This document shows positions 28,536 to 37,725 of a stretch of DNA of 64,000 bases, one piece after another. This DNA is from Candidatus Fermentibacterota bacterium (GTDB lineage Bacteria; Fermentibacterota; Fermentibacteria; Fermentibacterales; JCC-6), in assembly GCA_014728175.1 (NCBI GenBank), contig WJMA01000003.1, positions 66,191 to 130,190 of the forward strand, in the 5' to 3' direction. Under the pieces are notes generated by a model. It ran no database searches, was not told where the DNA came from, and saw only the letters and a program-made list of their open reading frames with translations. The first letter of the stretch is position 1, and every line of letters starts with the position of its first letter. The translations under genes were made by a program, and so were the position numbers.

Positions 28536-30974
28536 CTACCAGCGAAAGTCCAGCTGGCAGCGGATTCCATAACCCGTGACATGATCTCCGAAGTCCCTGA
28601 CCGCGGAGTCGGGGTCCCCCTGGTAGTGGAACTGGTCCTCCGGGTCGGGACGGTAAAGCCCGGTCCGGGGATAGAAGGTGTCCTTCCTCAGCACCCTGAA
28701 CCTGAGCTGGAGATTGTCCGACAGCGCGTTCTTGAAGGTCAGGTAGAACTTGGTCCCATCTCCGTCCAGGAAATCTATTCCCGTATCCTCGAACTCCCAC
28801 TGGCTCATCCCGTCGGTGGTCCATAGGGTCGTTCCTCCCAGAACGGACAGCCGGTCGCTGAAGTCGTGCTCCCACCGGGCGGAGAGATACCCACCGGAGA
28901 GCAGCCTGTCGTCTCCGTAGAGAGGGTTTGGGGTCAACTCGACCATTCCCAGCCTGAGGCGCACGTCGAAGTAATCGTGGGCGAAGGGGAGGAAGAAGGA
29001 GCGCAGCGTGTACTCGTGCGTTCTGGACGTCGTGGGTACCACATCGTGCATCTTGGTCTTCGACTGATACTTGTACTTCAGACGGAAGCGCACCGGGAAG
29101 TCCGCCCTGTACTCCACCTCTCCCTGGAACCTGTGGTTGTCGAAGTCGTAGGGCAACGAGCGCCAAACGTCCAGGTAGAGCTTGGGGAAGACGACCTGGT
29201 CGCTCACCTGGAACCTGCTTTCCAGATAGACCCCCTCCTCGGGCTTGGGGGTGGGCCATTCCTGCAGCTGCGAGACCAGGGGGTCGGTCAGGTAGTAGGG
29301 CTTCTCGAAGACCGTATCGTCGTAGCGCTTCTGCTCCGAAAACCCCCGGCAGTAGGGATTGGAGTAGCCCAGATCGTAGTGCCTGGCCGCGGCGGTCAGG
29401 TAGAAGTAGTCGTTCTGCCACCTGGAGGCGATCAGAAAGGCCGACGCCCCGTCGTCCTGTCTGGACAGCTCGCCTTCCAGGCTCATGGGCCCCACCACGG
29501 TCTGCCCGCTTACCCCCAAAAGGGTCATTCCGTCGGTGGCCTCCAGGGAGCGGTACTCCGGGCAGTCCCAGTAGTAGCCGTCGTTGGGAACGTCCAGGTA
29601 ATCGGCGTCCGGAAACAGGGAGTCGTCGTAGGCGATGCTCATGCCTCCCAGACCCACCGCGGTACCGGTGGGCAGTATCCCTCCCAGGTCCGCGAAGCAG
29701 TAGCCCCCGTAGGTGGTTTCGATAAGCGCGTCGGTGTAGCGGCCGCACCTGTACTGCATGGCGGCGGGAACGTTGGGCACACCGTTCTGGCTGAGTATCG
29801 CGTCCCGGCTGGAGCTGGACAGGAAGCCGTATCCCAGGAATGGACCCTGCCTGGCCTCTACCGCGGCACCGGTGAGGGCGAACTGCCGGGTGGAGGTCAG
29901 GTCCGGGTGCAGACCCCAGGGGCGTTCCAGCCGTCTGTACATAAGCTCGCCGGAGTTGTCCACCAGCAGGCCCTGACCCAGGGCCAGCCTGTAGTTGCCC
30001 AGCACCACCTGACGCAGGGGGCCCAGATGGTGGAGGGACACGAAGGCCTTGGCCTGGTCGAACCGATTACTCACCTCGCCCATGTCCATGTCCCGGAAGA
30101 GGTCGTGGCCGGCGGTGGAAAGCCTGCCCCTGGCCAGCCGTACCCCGCCCCGCATCCGGTCCCCCAGGCCCCCGGAAACCCGGTGGGTGAAGCCGGTTAC
30201 CCCCCGGGCCGAAAGCAGCTCCTCGCGGCTGGCCTGCAGCTGTTCGTAGAGAAGGGCGCTGTCCACGGGGCTGCCGGAGTAGTCGGCGCCTCCGGTGGAC
30301 ATCTCGAAAAGCGCCGACCCGAGGTTGTCCAGGGCCGCGTCGTATCCCTCCTCGTCGGAGTCCCTTCCCGCTCCTCCCTCCACGATCATCCGGTAGGAAC
30401 CGAACAGCTTCAGGGAGGATAGATCCAGCTCCCGGGTGGATACGAAGTCACGCATGTTCCGGTAACCGTAATAGCTCAGGTTCTCCACGCTCCTCAGGGA
30501 ACGTATGCTGGACACCGGACCGATGCTCCGCAGACGCCGCTCCACCGCGGCGGCGTCCACCAGGCTCACCCGGTCCAGCGACCTCAGGTCCCACGAGGTG
30601 GCTTCGTTCACCGGCAGGGGCCTGACCAGGAGGTTCTCCCACTCGGCGACCGCCGCGTCCCCGGGGCTATCCTCGGAAGCCAGCTTCTCCATCACGTCCA
30701 GAACCTCCGGAGGCAGCCGGTCCGGCTCGGGGGGAACCAGGATGCATTGTCTTCTCAGCGCCTCCAGCTCGGAGGGACCTATTCCCTCCACTTCGGTCAG
30801 CTGGTAGATGTTCTCCAGCCCACCCATCAGATAGATGTAGCGATGGAGCGAGTCGGCCTGTTCTCCGCTCACCCCCTCCAGTGCTCCTATCTCTTCCGGC
30901 GAGGCGCTGTTCAGATCCAGCCTGTCCGCGGGCCAGAGAAACACGGCCAGAGCGAGGAGCAGGCTAGAAGCCAT
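28536..30974 (-). CDS. large secreted/outer-membrane protein with N-terminal ComEA-like double helix-hairpin-helix DNA-binding domain fused to about 700-aa beta-rich domain
   Basis: signal peptide; LDLNSASPEEIGALEGVSGEQADSL...LTEVEGIGPSELEAL matches the ComEA HhH-HhH signature; rest rich in Y/G/D/R with C-terminal ...QLDFRW. Confidence 0.55.
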   Translation of the reverse strand: MASSLLLALAVFLWPADRLDLNSASPEEIGALEGVSGEQADSLHRYIYLMGGLENIYQLTEVEGIGPSELEALRRQCILVPPEPDRLPPEVLDVMEKLASEDSPGDAAVAEWENLLVRPLPVNEATSWDLRSLDRVSLVDAAAVERRLRSIGPVSSIRSLRSVENLSYYGYRNMRDFVSTRELDLSSLKLFGSYRMIVEGGAGRDSDEEGYDAALDNLGSALFEMSTGGADYSGSPVDSALLYEQLQASREELLSARGVTGFTHRVSGGLGDRMRGGVRLARGRLSTAGHDLFRDMDMGEVSNRFDQAKAFVSLHHLGPLRQVVLGNYRLALGQGLLVDNSGELMYRRLERPWGLHPDLTSTRQFALTGAAVEARQGPFLGYGFLSSSSRDAILSQNGVPNVPAAMQYRCGRYTDALIETTYGGYCFADLGGILPTGTAVGLGGMSIAYDDSLFPDADYLDVPNDGYYWDCPEYRSLEATDGMTLLGVSGQTVVGPMSLEGELSRQDDGASAFLIASRWQNDYFYLTAAARHYDLGYSNPYCRGFSEQKRYDDTVFEKPYYLTDPLVSQLQEWPTPKPEEGVYLESRFQVSDQVVFPKLYLDVWRSLPYDFDNHRFQGEVEYRADFPVRFRLKYKYQSKTKMHDVVPTTSRTHEYTLRSFFLPFAHDYFDVRLRLGMVELTPNPLYGDDRLLSGGYLSARWEHDFSDRLSVLGGTTLWTTDGMSQWEFEDTGIDFLDGDGTKFYLTFKNALSDNLQLRFRVLRKDTFYPRTGLYRPDPEDQFHYQGDPDSAVRDFGDHVTGYGIRCQLDFRW

Positions 30975-31794
30975 AGGTCACGCCCGCCTGGTGGGTGAGG
31001 TCCAGCTCCGGATGGCTTTGAACCGCGTATTCGAAACGAATGCCGGATACGGTCACTCCCAGTCCTCCCGTGGCGGTGGTGGGATTACTCTGTACTCCGG
31101 CCATCAGCGAAAGCGGCCCCAGGGGAAGGGATTGTCCCACGTGCACTCTGGTTCCCCCGAAGTCCCGGGATACGGTCACCCTGGAGCACAGACCGGTCTG
31201 GGGCTCGTAGCTCAGCCCGGCGTCCATTCTTCGCTGCAGGTAGTCCGAGCTCTCCCCCAGCCTGGCCTGGAAGGGATTCCTCACCGAGGCCGCCAGCATC
31301 CACCTGGAGTACATCCGGACCTGGAAGCCCAGGTTCCAGGCCACCGTGGTCGCACTGCCATAGCTGCCTACTCCGTCAGCTATCTGGGCCCTGCATATCA
31401 AAGGCTGTATACCCACCGACATGTCCTTGGACAGGAGTGCGGCCGCGGTCAGGGCCAGAACCTGCTCCGAGTAGAGGTCCGACCCGAAGTACCTCAGGGA
31501 AGCCGCTCCCATCACGGAGCCCCCGAGGGGGTGGGACACGTCCAGCCCATGGGTGGCGAAATCGAGCTTGGAGAACGGCAATCTGCTCTCCAGGCCCACT
31601 TCTCCGTACTCGCCGCCCGAGATGCCCGCCGGATTCCACATCACCGACCCCAGACCGGTCGCCACCACCCCGGTCCCGCCCATGGCCTGCGAGGAGACCC
31701 CGATCTGAAGCTCCTCGAAGGCGGCGTGGGCCTTCAGCGAAAACAACGTCAGGGCAACCAGTGCCGTCTTTCTCGCCAGGTTTCTCATAGGCAT
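30964..31794 (-). CDS. small outer-membrane beta-barrel protein (PorP/SprF-like size and position)
   Basis: 276 aa; signal peptide ...SLKAHA; C-terminal ...AGVTYGF aromatic terminus typical of OMPs; placed immediately after a CTD-bearing cargo gene. Confidence 0.4.
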   Translation of the reverse strand: MPMRNLARKTALVALTLFSLKAHAAFEELQIGVSSQAMGGTGVVATGLGSVMWNPAGISGGEYGEVGLESRLPFSKLDFATHGLDVSHPLGGSVMGAASLRYFGSDLYSEQVLALTAAALLSKDMSVGIQPLICRAQIADGVGSYGSATTVAWNLGFQVRMYSRWMLAASVRNPFQARLGESSDYLQRRMDAGLSYEPQTGLCSRVTVSRDFGGTRVHVGQSLPLGPLSLMAGVQSNPTTATGGLGVTVSGIRFEYAVQSHPELDLTHQAGVTYGF

Positions 31795-31795
31795 C

Positions 31796-32821
31796 TCAAT
31801 CCAGCCGCTCCGCTATCACCACGGTCTCCGTGGTGGTCATCCTGCCGCCGTCGGGTCCCACCGCCTGCAGCAGCAACACGTAGGGTCCCACCGGAAGCCA
31901 CTCATCGTTGTCGTCCCTTCCGTCCCACATCATCACGTCCCCCCCGTACCTGGAGTCTACCAGCTGGGCGACGCTCCTTCCCGCCCTGTCGAAAACGGTC
32001 AGGCTGAATCTGCAGTCGTCCGGGCCACCGTACTCCAGATGCATGCTCTCTCCCGCTCTGGGGCTGAAGGGATTGTCCCACACCGTCAGATGGAACTGCC
32101 CCGGGACCGACGGCGAGTAGACCTGCAGGTCCGACTGGCTGCGGGGAAGCAACTGATAGCCGGTCTCGTAGGGCGGCTCGCTGTCGTACTGGCCTCCCAG
32201 GCCGTATATGTACAGACGAACCCCGGGTTCTATCCCCGAGACGTCTATTCCCGTACCCTCGTCGACCCTTATCGACACCGCCGCCTGGCCGTTCCAGACC
32301 TCGAAGTTGTAGCCGCCCCCGGCCTGGGAGGGATGGCTGGCGACCGTGACCCACTGCTGCGTGGATCTGTCCCCCAGGGCCAGCAGAAGGCCCTCCAGAG
32401 ACTCGCTGACATCCTGGTGGATGACCATCTGGCTGGGCTCCGGCTCCCCCGGCGAGCCCAGATATTCCAGGTCGTACTCGCTGTCAGGCTTTATCTCCGT
32501 AAGACCGTTGTACTGAGTTATCTCCCCCGTGATTCTCAGGCTGTCTCCGGTATCGATGCTGAAGCCAGGGACGGCGCTCGAGTACACGTTTATTCCCGCG
32601 GTGGCGTCCTGCACGTAGAAACTGAGGCCACTACCGCCGGAGAAAAGGGTTCCGTTGCAGGTGGCGGTCGCCTCGATGGTCACCACCTCACCCATACGGT
32701 CGGGCAGGCCATCGCCATCGGCGTCCACTCTGGCCTCGGCCACGGTCAGCAACGGCTGGGCCGATATGCTTCCGGCCATAAGCAGCACGGCAGCCGCCGG
32801 CAGGGTTCTTACCATCCGCAC
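31796..32821 (-). CDS. secreted protein with N-terminal OB-fold of the extracellular-nuclease (ExeM/NucH/Xds-type) DNA-binding kind and C-terminal FlgD-like Ig/T9SS-type sorting domain; no catalytic nuclease domain
   Basis: signal peptide; motif GEVVTIEATAT...GLSFYVQDATAGINVY...GDSLRITGEITQYNGLTEI; C-terminal 90 aa (FHLTVWDNPFSP...LLLQAVGPDGG) resembles FlgD Ig-like CTDs. Confidence 0.45.
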   Translation of the reverse strand: MRMVRTLPAAAVLLMAGSISAQPLLTVAEARVDADGDGLPDRMGEVVTIEATATCNGTLFSGGSGLSFYVQDATAGINVYSSAVPGFSIDTGDSLRITGEITQYNGLTEIKPDSEYDLEYLGSPGEPEPSQMVIHQDVSESLEGLLLALGDRSTQQWVTVASHPSQAGGGYNFEVWNGQAAVSIRVDEGTGIDVSGIEPGVRLYIYGLGGQYDSEPPYETGYQLLPRSQSDLQVYSPSVPGQFHLTVWDNPFSPRAGESMHLEYGGPDDCRFSLTVFDRAGRSVAQLVDSRYGGDVMMWDGRDDNDEWLPVGPYVLLLQAVGPDGGRMTTTETVVIAERLD

Positions 32822-32840
32822 TCCCTTCGAAAGCGATTCT

Positions 32841-34277
32841 TCATCTTTCCGTCTCCATCTCCTCGTCGGCCAGCTCCGCCGCCCTAGCCAGGGCTTCCTC
32901 CGGACCCATACGCCCGTAGAGGGCTATCTCCACCGCCTCGGAGAGGAACTCCCTACCGTTGTACCATGCGCTGATCTGGGGCTCGAACCTGGCGTAATCC
33001 AGCTGGGCGACAACCTCCTCCAATCCCCGGCTCTCGGATAGCCTGCGCCGGGCGACCGGTTGCCGCAGCGCGGTGCTGGACACGGGAAGGTAGCCGGTTC
33101 CGGCGAACCATCTGGCCTGCTGCTCGGGCTCGGTGAACCACTTGACGAACTCCCAGGCGGCCTCCGTCCGGTCCGGGCCATGATCCGCGAACAACACTAC
33201 GTTGGTCCCGGCTATGAAAACCGCCCTCCGGCGATTCGATGGAAGGGGAGCCACGGCTATCTCGAAAGTGCTCAGACCGCTCTCGGCACGCCTTTGCATG
33301 TCCCGCTGCATGAAGGAAAGCGATACCACCGACCCCTGAACCATTGCCACCCGTCCCTCCGTGAACTCCCGCTGATGCTCGTACCCGGAGGACAGATACG
33401 CCGTACCGTCCCGATGCAACAGTTCCACCAGGAAGCCTAGAGCCTCCACTCCCTCCGTCTGCGCGAATGCGGTGCTCCGACCGTCCGGTGAGAGCAGTGT
33501 ACCTCCGTTCTGGGCCAGTAGGTTCTCGAACATCCAAACGCTGACCGTAAAGGCCGTTCCCCACCTGTCGCAGTCGTCCAGGAGGTCTCCGTCCCCGTTG
33601 CCGTCGTAAGAAAGGGTTCTCAGCAGCTCTCTATGCTGCTGCCAGGTGGAGGGAGGGGCCAGCCCCAGGCTGTCGAACAGGTCCGCATTGTAGTACAGGG
33701 CGGGGACGCTTTTGTTGAACGGAAAGCTGTAGACCCGTTCCCCGAAGGTGTTGTTCTTACGGAATACCTCGTAGAAGCGTGCCCAATCGCTCCGGGAATA
33801 TTCCCGGTCCTGGGCCATCATGGAGTCCAGGGGTACCAGCACCCCGCCGTCTATGAGCTGAGCCGTCCAGGTCTCGTAGGCCTGGGCCAGAACCGGCGGT
33901 TCTCCGGCCATGACGCTGGCCATAATCTTCTGGCTGAGCGCCCTGTAGTTGCCCATGGAAACGGCGACCACCTCGATACCCGGATGGGTGGCGTTGAACT
34001 CGGCCACCAGCGAGTCCTCAAGCAGCTCGCCGAGCGGCCCCCCCATGGCGTGCCAGAATACAACCCTGACCGTCTGCCCGGAGGTTCGGCCACCATCCGG
34101 GCGGCAGGACGGCAGAAACGGGGCCGCCAGAATCAGGAAAAGCAAGAAGCGGGACAGAGACTCCTCCCGAGATTCGTGCAGCAGAGAAAACGGAGCGTGA
34201 ATCGACCCCGGTAAATATACTCCCTCCCGATCCACCCGTAAGGTCTGAAGAGGCCGGATCCGATTGGAGATTGACAC
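32841..34277 (-). CDS. ABC transporter substrate-binding protein, family 1 (sugar-type), orphan (no adjacent permease/ATPase)
   Basis: 478 aa; lipoprotein-like signal (FLPSC); overall SBP-1 pattern; start codon uncertain. Confidence 0.6.
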   Translation of the reverse strand: MSISNRIRPLQTLRVDREGVYLPGSIHAPFSLLHESREESLSRFLLFLILAAPFLPSCRPDGGRTSGQTVRVVFWHAMGGPLGELLEDSLVAEFNATHPGIEVVAVSMGNYRALSQKIMASVMAGEPPVLAQAYETWTAQLIDGGVLVPLDSMMAQDREYSRSDWARFYEVFRKNNTFGERVYSFPFNKSVPALYYNADLFDSLGLAPPSTWQQHRELLRTLSYDGNGDGDLLDDCDRWGTAFTVSVWMFENLLAQNGGTLLSPDGRSTAFAQTEGVEALGFLVELLHRDGTAYLSSGYEHQREFTEGRVAMVQGSVVSLSFMQRDMQRRAESGLSTFEIAVAPLPSNRRRAVFIAGTNVVLFADHGPDRTEAAWEFVKWFTEPEQQARWFAGTGYLPVSSTALRQPVARRRLSESRGLEEVVAQLDYARFEPQISAWYNGREFLSEAVEIALYGRMGPEEALARAAELADEEMETER

Positions 34278-34343
34278 TGACCCCGGGTTGGAATCAATAT
34301 CACATGCATCTGCAAGGACATTCCTAGCGACTGGAGGGAAGAG

Positions 34344-34844
34344 ATGAGAGCAACCCGAATCGTTCTGGCCTTCGTCGTTCTGGCAATGGCGGTCTCCTGC
34401 GGACCGGGCAAGGCGACCGACAGGATGAAGGAGCTAATTCAGGCCATAGACGAAGGGGACGGACAGCTGGCTGCATCCATGCTTTCCCAGAGCGCCCTGG
34501 GCAAGCTTTCGGAATCGCTGGACAGGTTCAAGCGCGACCCCGGAGCGGCTTCCCAGCAGCTGACCGCAATCGGGGTACAGATAACCGCAGAGGAGCTGCA
34601 AACCATTACCCCCCGGGCCTTCGCGCGCAAGCTGGTTTCGTCCCAGGCTACGGCGGAAATAATGCGGGCGGCCAGGCCCGAGGTAACCCACGTTTCCGTC
34701 GATGGCGACACGGCCATGGTAGAGATTGAGGCGACGCTACAGAATACCAAGCAGACCATGGTTATCCGCCTGGTGGTAGAGGACGGGGAATGGAGGGTGA
34801 CCAGCCTGCCGATCAACCCGGTTAAGATCCACTTCGGGTTCTGA
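34344..34844 (+). CDS. hypothetical lipoprotein
   Basis: signal peptide + lipobox AVSC; 166 aa; no family recognised. Confidence 0.4.
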   Translation: MRATRIVLAFVVLAMAVSCGPGKATDRMKELIQAIDEGDGQLAASMLSQSALGKLSESLDRFKRDPGAASQQLTAIGVQITAEELQTITPRAFARKLVSSQATAEIMRAARPEVTHVSVDGDTAMVEIEATLQNTKQTMVIRLVVEDGEWRVTSLPINPVKIHFGF

Positions 34845-34862
34845 GAAAGTCTTACCCGTAGG

Positions 34863-35117
34863 TTACTCGGTCGGCTCCTTATCGGTTCCGTTCGAGGGGG
34901 AAGAGTTCTCCTCCTCTTTCCGGTCGGAGGGCTCGCCCTTGCGGTAGTCGGTGGCGTAGAAGCCCGGTCCCTTGAAGATCAGGCCTGCTCCGCCGGTTAT
35001 GATCCTATCCGCCTCACCTCCGCACTCCGGACAGCACGGGACCGACTCATCGGTTATCCTCTGGAACCGCTCGAAGCGGTGACCACAACGCTTGCACTCG
35101 TAGACGTAGGTTGGCAT
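34863..35117 (-). CDS. FmdB-family zinc-ribbon protein
   Basis: MPTYVYECKRCGHRFE...CPECG hallmark. Confidence 0.7.
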   Translation of the reverse strand: MPTYVYECKRCGHRFERFQRITDESVPCCPECGGEADRIITGGAGLIFKGPGFYATDYRKGEPSDRKEEENSSPSNGTDKEPTE

Positions 35118-35134
35118 TTTGACTCCCTAGCTGA

Positions 35135-36151
35135 TCATCGGTCCGATCCGGCCTCCGCCCTTTCGGCCATCCGCTCCATGTCTCTGGCCCTTACGCCCTC
35201 TCTGGCAGCGCCCAGAAGCCCGGCAATTATTATCGGAAGAAACTGCGTAGCGTGAAAGACGATGGCAAGTGCCTTGGCATCCGTGGGGCCGATTGCGGTC
35301 ATGGTGGGCATCACCACCCCGATGGCGTAGTGGACGGTTCCGGTACCCGCCGGGGTGGGAATAAGCATTCCGAACGCCGCCAGGACCAGCACCAGAAAGG
35401 GATACGACCAGCGAAGGGACAAACCCAGACTGGCGAACGCGGGAACCACCGAAACCACCAACGACAGCCACACCCCGGCGGATAGGGCGGCCACCGTGAC
35501 GACCTCTCTGCCGCTCTGTAGAACCGCCAGCCCTCTGGAGAAAGAAAGTAGCACGTTCTGGAGCTTCTCGCCCAGCTTGGAGCTCAACAGTTTCACCGGG
35601 GCGGACATGGCCCGGGCCGCCTTCTCCGACCAGATCCTCAGGGAGACCAGACCCGCCAGCACTCCGATGTAAAGAAGGCCCGCCCCGATAAGACCCAGCC
35701 TGGTGGTTTCTCCCATACTGTTCCAACCGGTCAGCAGAAGCCCGAGGGTGAAGGCAGTGAGGGTGAGACCGTCGAACAGGCGGGCCAGAACCACGGTCGC
35801 GAAGCAGGAAGCCCGGGGTATCCGGCTCTTCCTGGACAGCATCAGGGCCCTCAGCAGCTCTCCGACCCTGCCGGGCAGCAGGGAATTCACGGCGAACCCC
35901 GTAAGCAGGGGGCCCGTAATCTGGCCGAAGGAGACTTCGGAGACCGGCGCCAGCAGCACCTTCCACCGGGCTATTCTGAACAGGTAGCTGCAGGCGAGGA
36001 AAGGTATCACCAGCAAGAGCATGGGCATGGAGGCGCTCGATAGGATCTCCCCCAGGGCCGGCAGATCGGCGCGCTGGTAGGTCAGATAGAGCGCCACCAG
36101 GGCGATAACGATGCCCAGGATAAGGTTACGCCAGGTCTTAGCCTTGCTCAT
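35135..36151 (-). CDS. flippase-like membrane protein (UPF0104/lysyl-PG synthase TM-region-like)
   Basis: 338 aa, 8 TM; N-terminal KTWRNLILGIVIALVALYL and GRVGELLRA motif characteristic of the family. Confidence 0.55.
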   Translation of the reverse strand: MSKAKTWRNLILGIVIALVALYLTYQRADLPALGEILSSASMPMLLLVIPFLACSYLFRIARWKVLLAPVSEVSFGQITGPLLTGFAVNSLLPGRVGELLRALMLSRKSRIPRASCFATVVLARLFDGLTLTAFTLGLLLTGWNSMGETTRLGLIGAGLLYIGVLAGLVSLRIWSEKAARAMSAPVKLLSSKLGEKLQNVLLSFSRGLAVLQSGREVVTVAALSAGVWLSLVVSVVPAFASLGLSLRWSYPFLVLVLAAFGMLIPTPAGTGTVHYAIGVVMPTMTAIGPTDAKALAIVFHATQFLPIIIAGLLGAAREGVRARDMERMAERAEAGSDR

Positions 36152-36728
36152 GCCTCTCCTTAGAGGTTCTCGACCGAGTCAGCTGGGTCTCCAGGGCGTA
36201 GCACAGGGCATGACCGGCGACCAGCAGGCATTCCTGCACGTGGCTGGTGGTGTCGGAACTGGCCCTGATCACCACGTCACACAACTCGGCGAGCTCTCCT
36301 CCCGACCCTCCGGTCATGCCCAGGACACCCATATCCAGGCGCGACGCGGTTCTGGCGGCCTTCAGGACGTTCTCAGAGCTTCCGCTGGTGCTTATGGCCA
36401 CCAGCACGTCCCCGGGCCTGCCCAGGGCCTCCACCTGGCGGGAGAACACTTCGCCGAAATCGTAGTCGTTGGCAATCGCCGTTATGGAGGCGATGTTTCC
36501 GGTGAGAGCCACCCCGGCCAACGGTTCGCGGTCCTTCCTGAACCGGCAGGTAAGCTCGGCGGCCAGGTGCTGGGCGTCAGCGGCACTTCCTCCGTTCCCG
36601 CAGAAGATAAGCTTCCCCCCATTCCGCAGGCATCCGGCGCACAGGTCCAGGGCGGGCCGTATGCCCTCGGCATCCATGGCGCCAAGCGCGGACTTGGCCA
36701 TCTCCAGGTACGCCAAAATCTCATTCAC
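36138..36728 (-). CDS. gmhA: phosphoheptose isomerase (SIS domain)
   Basis: GNGGSAADAQHLAAEL and ISTSGSS motifs. Confidence 0.75.
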   Translation of the reverse strand: MNEILAYLEMAKSALGAMDAEGIRPALDLCAGCLRNGGKLIFCGNGGSAADAQHLAAELTCRFRKDREPLAGVALTGNIASITAIANDYDFGEVFSRQVEALGRPGDVLVAISTSGSSENVLKAARTASRLDMGVLGMTGGSGGELAELCDVVIRASSDTTSHVQECLLVAGHALCYALETQLTRSRTSKERHEQG

Positions 36729-37527
36729 GGCTCCTCCTCCATCTTGCCAGGGCTTCCACGGTCTTGGGAAGCTTTAGACCTCTCTCCGTGCCCAGAACAG
36801 AGTACCGGGGCCGGCGGGCCGGCAGACCCAGATCTTCCCAACGCACGGATACTACATCCACCTCACCATGCTCATCGGCCAGCATACGCACCAGTCCCAG
36901 GGGGGTGAAAACGCCCTCGTTGACCAGGTGGTACACCCCCCGACCTCCGCGGTCGCACAACTCAATAACCGCTCTCACCAGGTCGGGGGCGTACGTAAGG
37001 CAGGCCGACTGGTCCCTAACCGCCCTTACCGCGCCCTCCCGCTCGATGCTGTCCAATAGAAACGCAGGAAGGCCGCTTCGCTCATCGAAGAGCCACGAAG
37101 TGCGGACTACCACGCTGGTGGGAGATATCCCCAGAAGCTGCCTTTCTCCCCTCAGCTTGCTCCAGGCATACTCGTTTACGGGATCGGGCCGGTCGGACTC
37201 CAGAAAGGGGGAGGGGTCCCGCCCGGAGAAAATGTGATCGGTGGAGAAGCTCACCACCCTGATCCCGGTTCTGGCCAGGTTGGCCACGCCGGCGCAGTGG
37301 ACGTCCATGGCCAGGTCCGGCCTGGCTTCGCACAGGTCGACGTCGGTGATGGCCGCGCAGTTTACTATCAGAGAGGGAGAGAGGCTCCCCACGACCTCCG
37401 CCACGTTTTGCTCGTCCGTGACGTCCAACTCGGGGAGATCGAGCCCGACCGCGTCGTTACCCAGCTCGCAGACGAAACGACGCCCGAGCGTACCTCTGCT
37501 GCCCACTACGAGAACTCTGGACCTCAC
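36721..37527 (-). CDS. rfbD: dTDP-4-dehydrorhamnose reductase
   Basis: VLVVGSRGTLGRRF Rossmann start, AAITDVD, overall RmlD pattern. Confidence 0.75.
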   Translation of the reverse strand: MRSRVLVVGSRGTLGRRFVCELGNDAVGLDLPELDVTDEQNVAEVVGSLSPSLIVNCAAITDVDLCEARPDLAMDVHCAGVANLARTGIRVVSFSTDHIFSGRDPSPFLESDRPDPVNEYAWSKLRGERQLLGISPTSVVVRTSWLFDERSGLPAFLLDSIEREGAVRAVRDQSACLTYAPDLVRAVIELCDRGGRGVYHLVNEGVFTPLGLVRMLADEHGEVDVVSVRWEDLGLPARRPRYSVLGTERGLKLPKTVEALARWRRSRE

Positions 37528-37725
37528 AAGCCCCTCCCGGAGATGGTCTGATAGTGCTCGGTCCGTGCGGGAGACAACATTTTACTAGCACGTATCTACT
37601 TTGTCTAGCGAAGCTTTGTTCCGGTGGGGCGTTTGCCCTTATGTTCTGCCTCGCCTCCTACGGGAGGAACCGTGCCGATGAACATGGATAGAACCATCTA
37701 CGGACGACCGTGATCGGAGAATAAC

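Noticed and set aside
27490-30422. 752-aa minus-strand and 518-aa plus-strand ORFs
   Set aside because: Overlap the ComEA-OMP and FadL-like OMP genes in other frames. Extreme Arg/Gly/Pro content.
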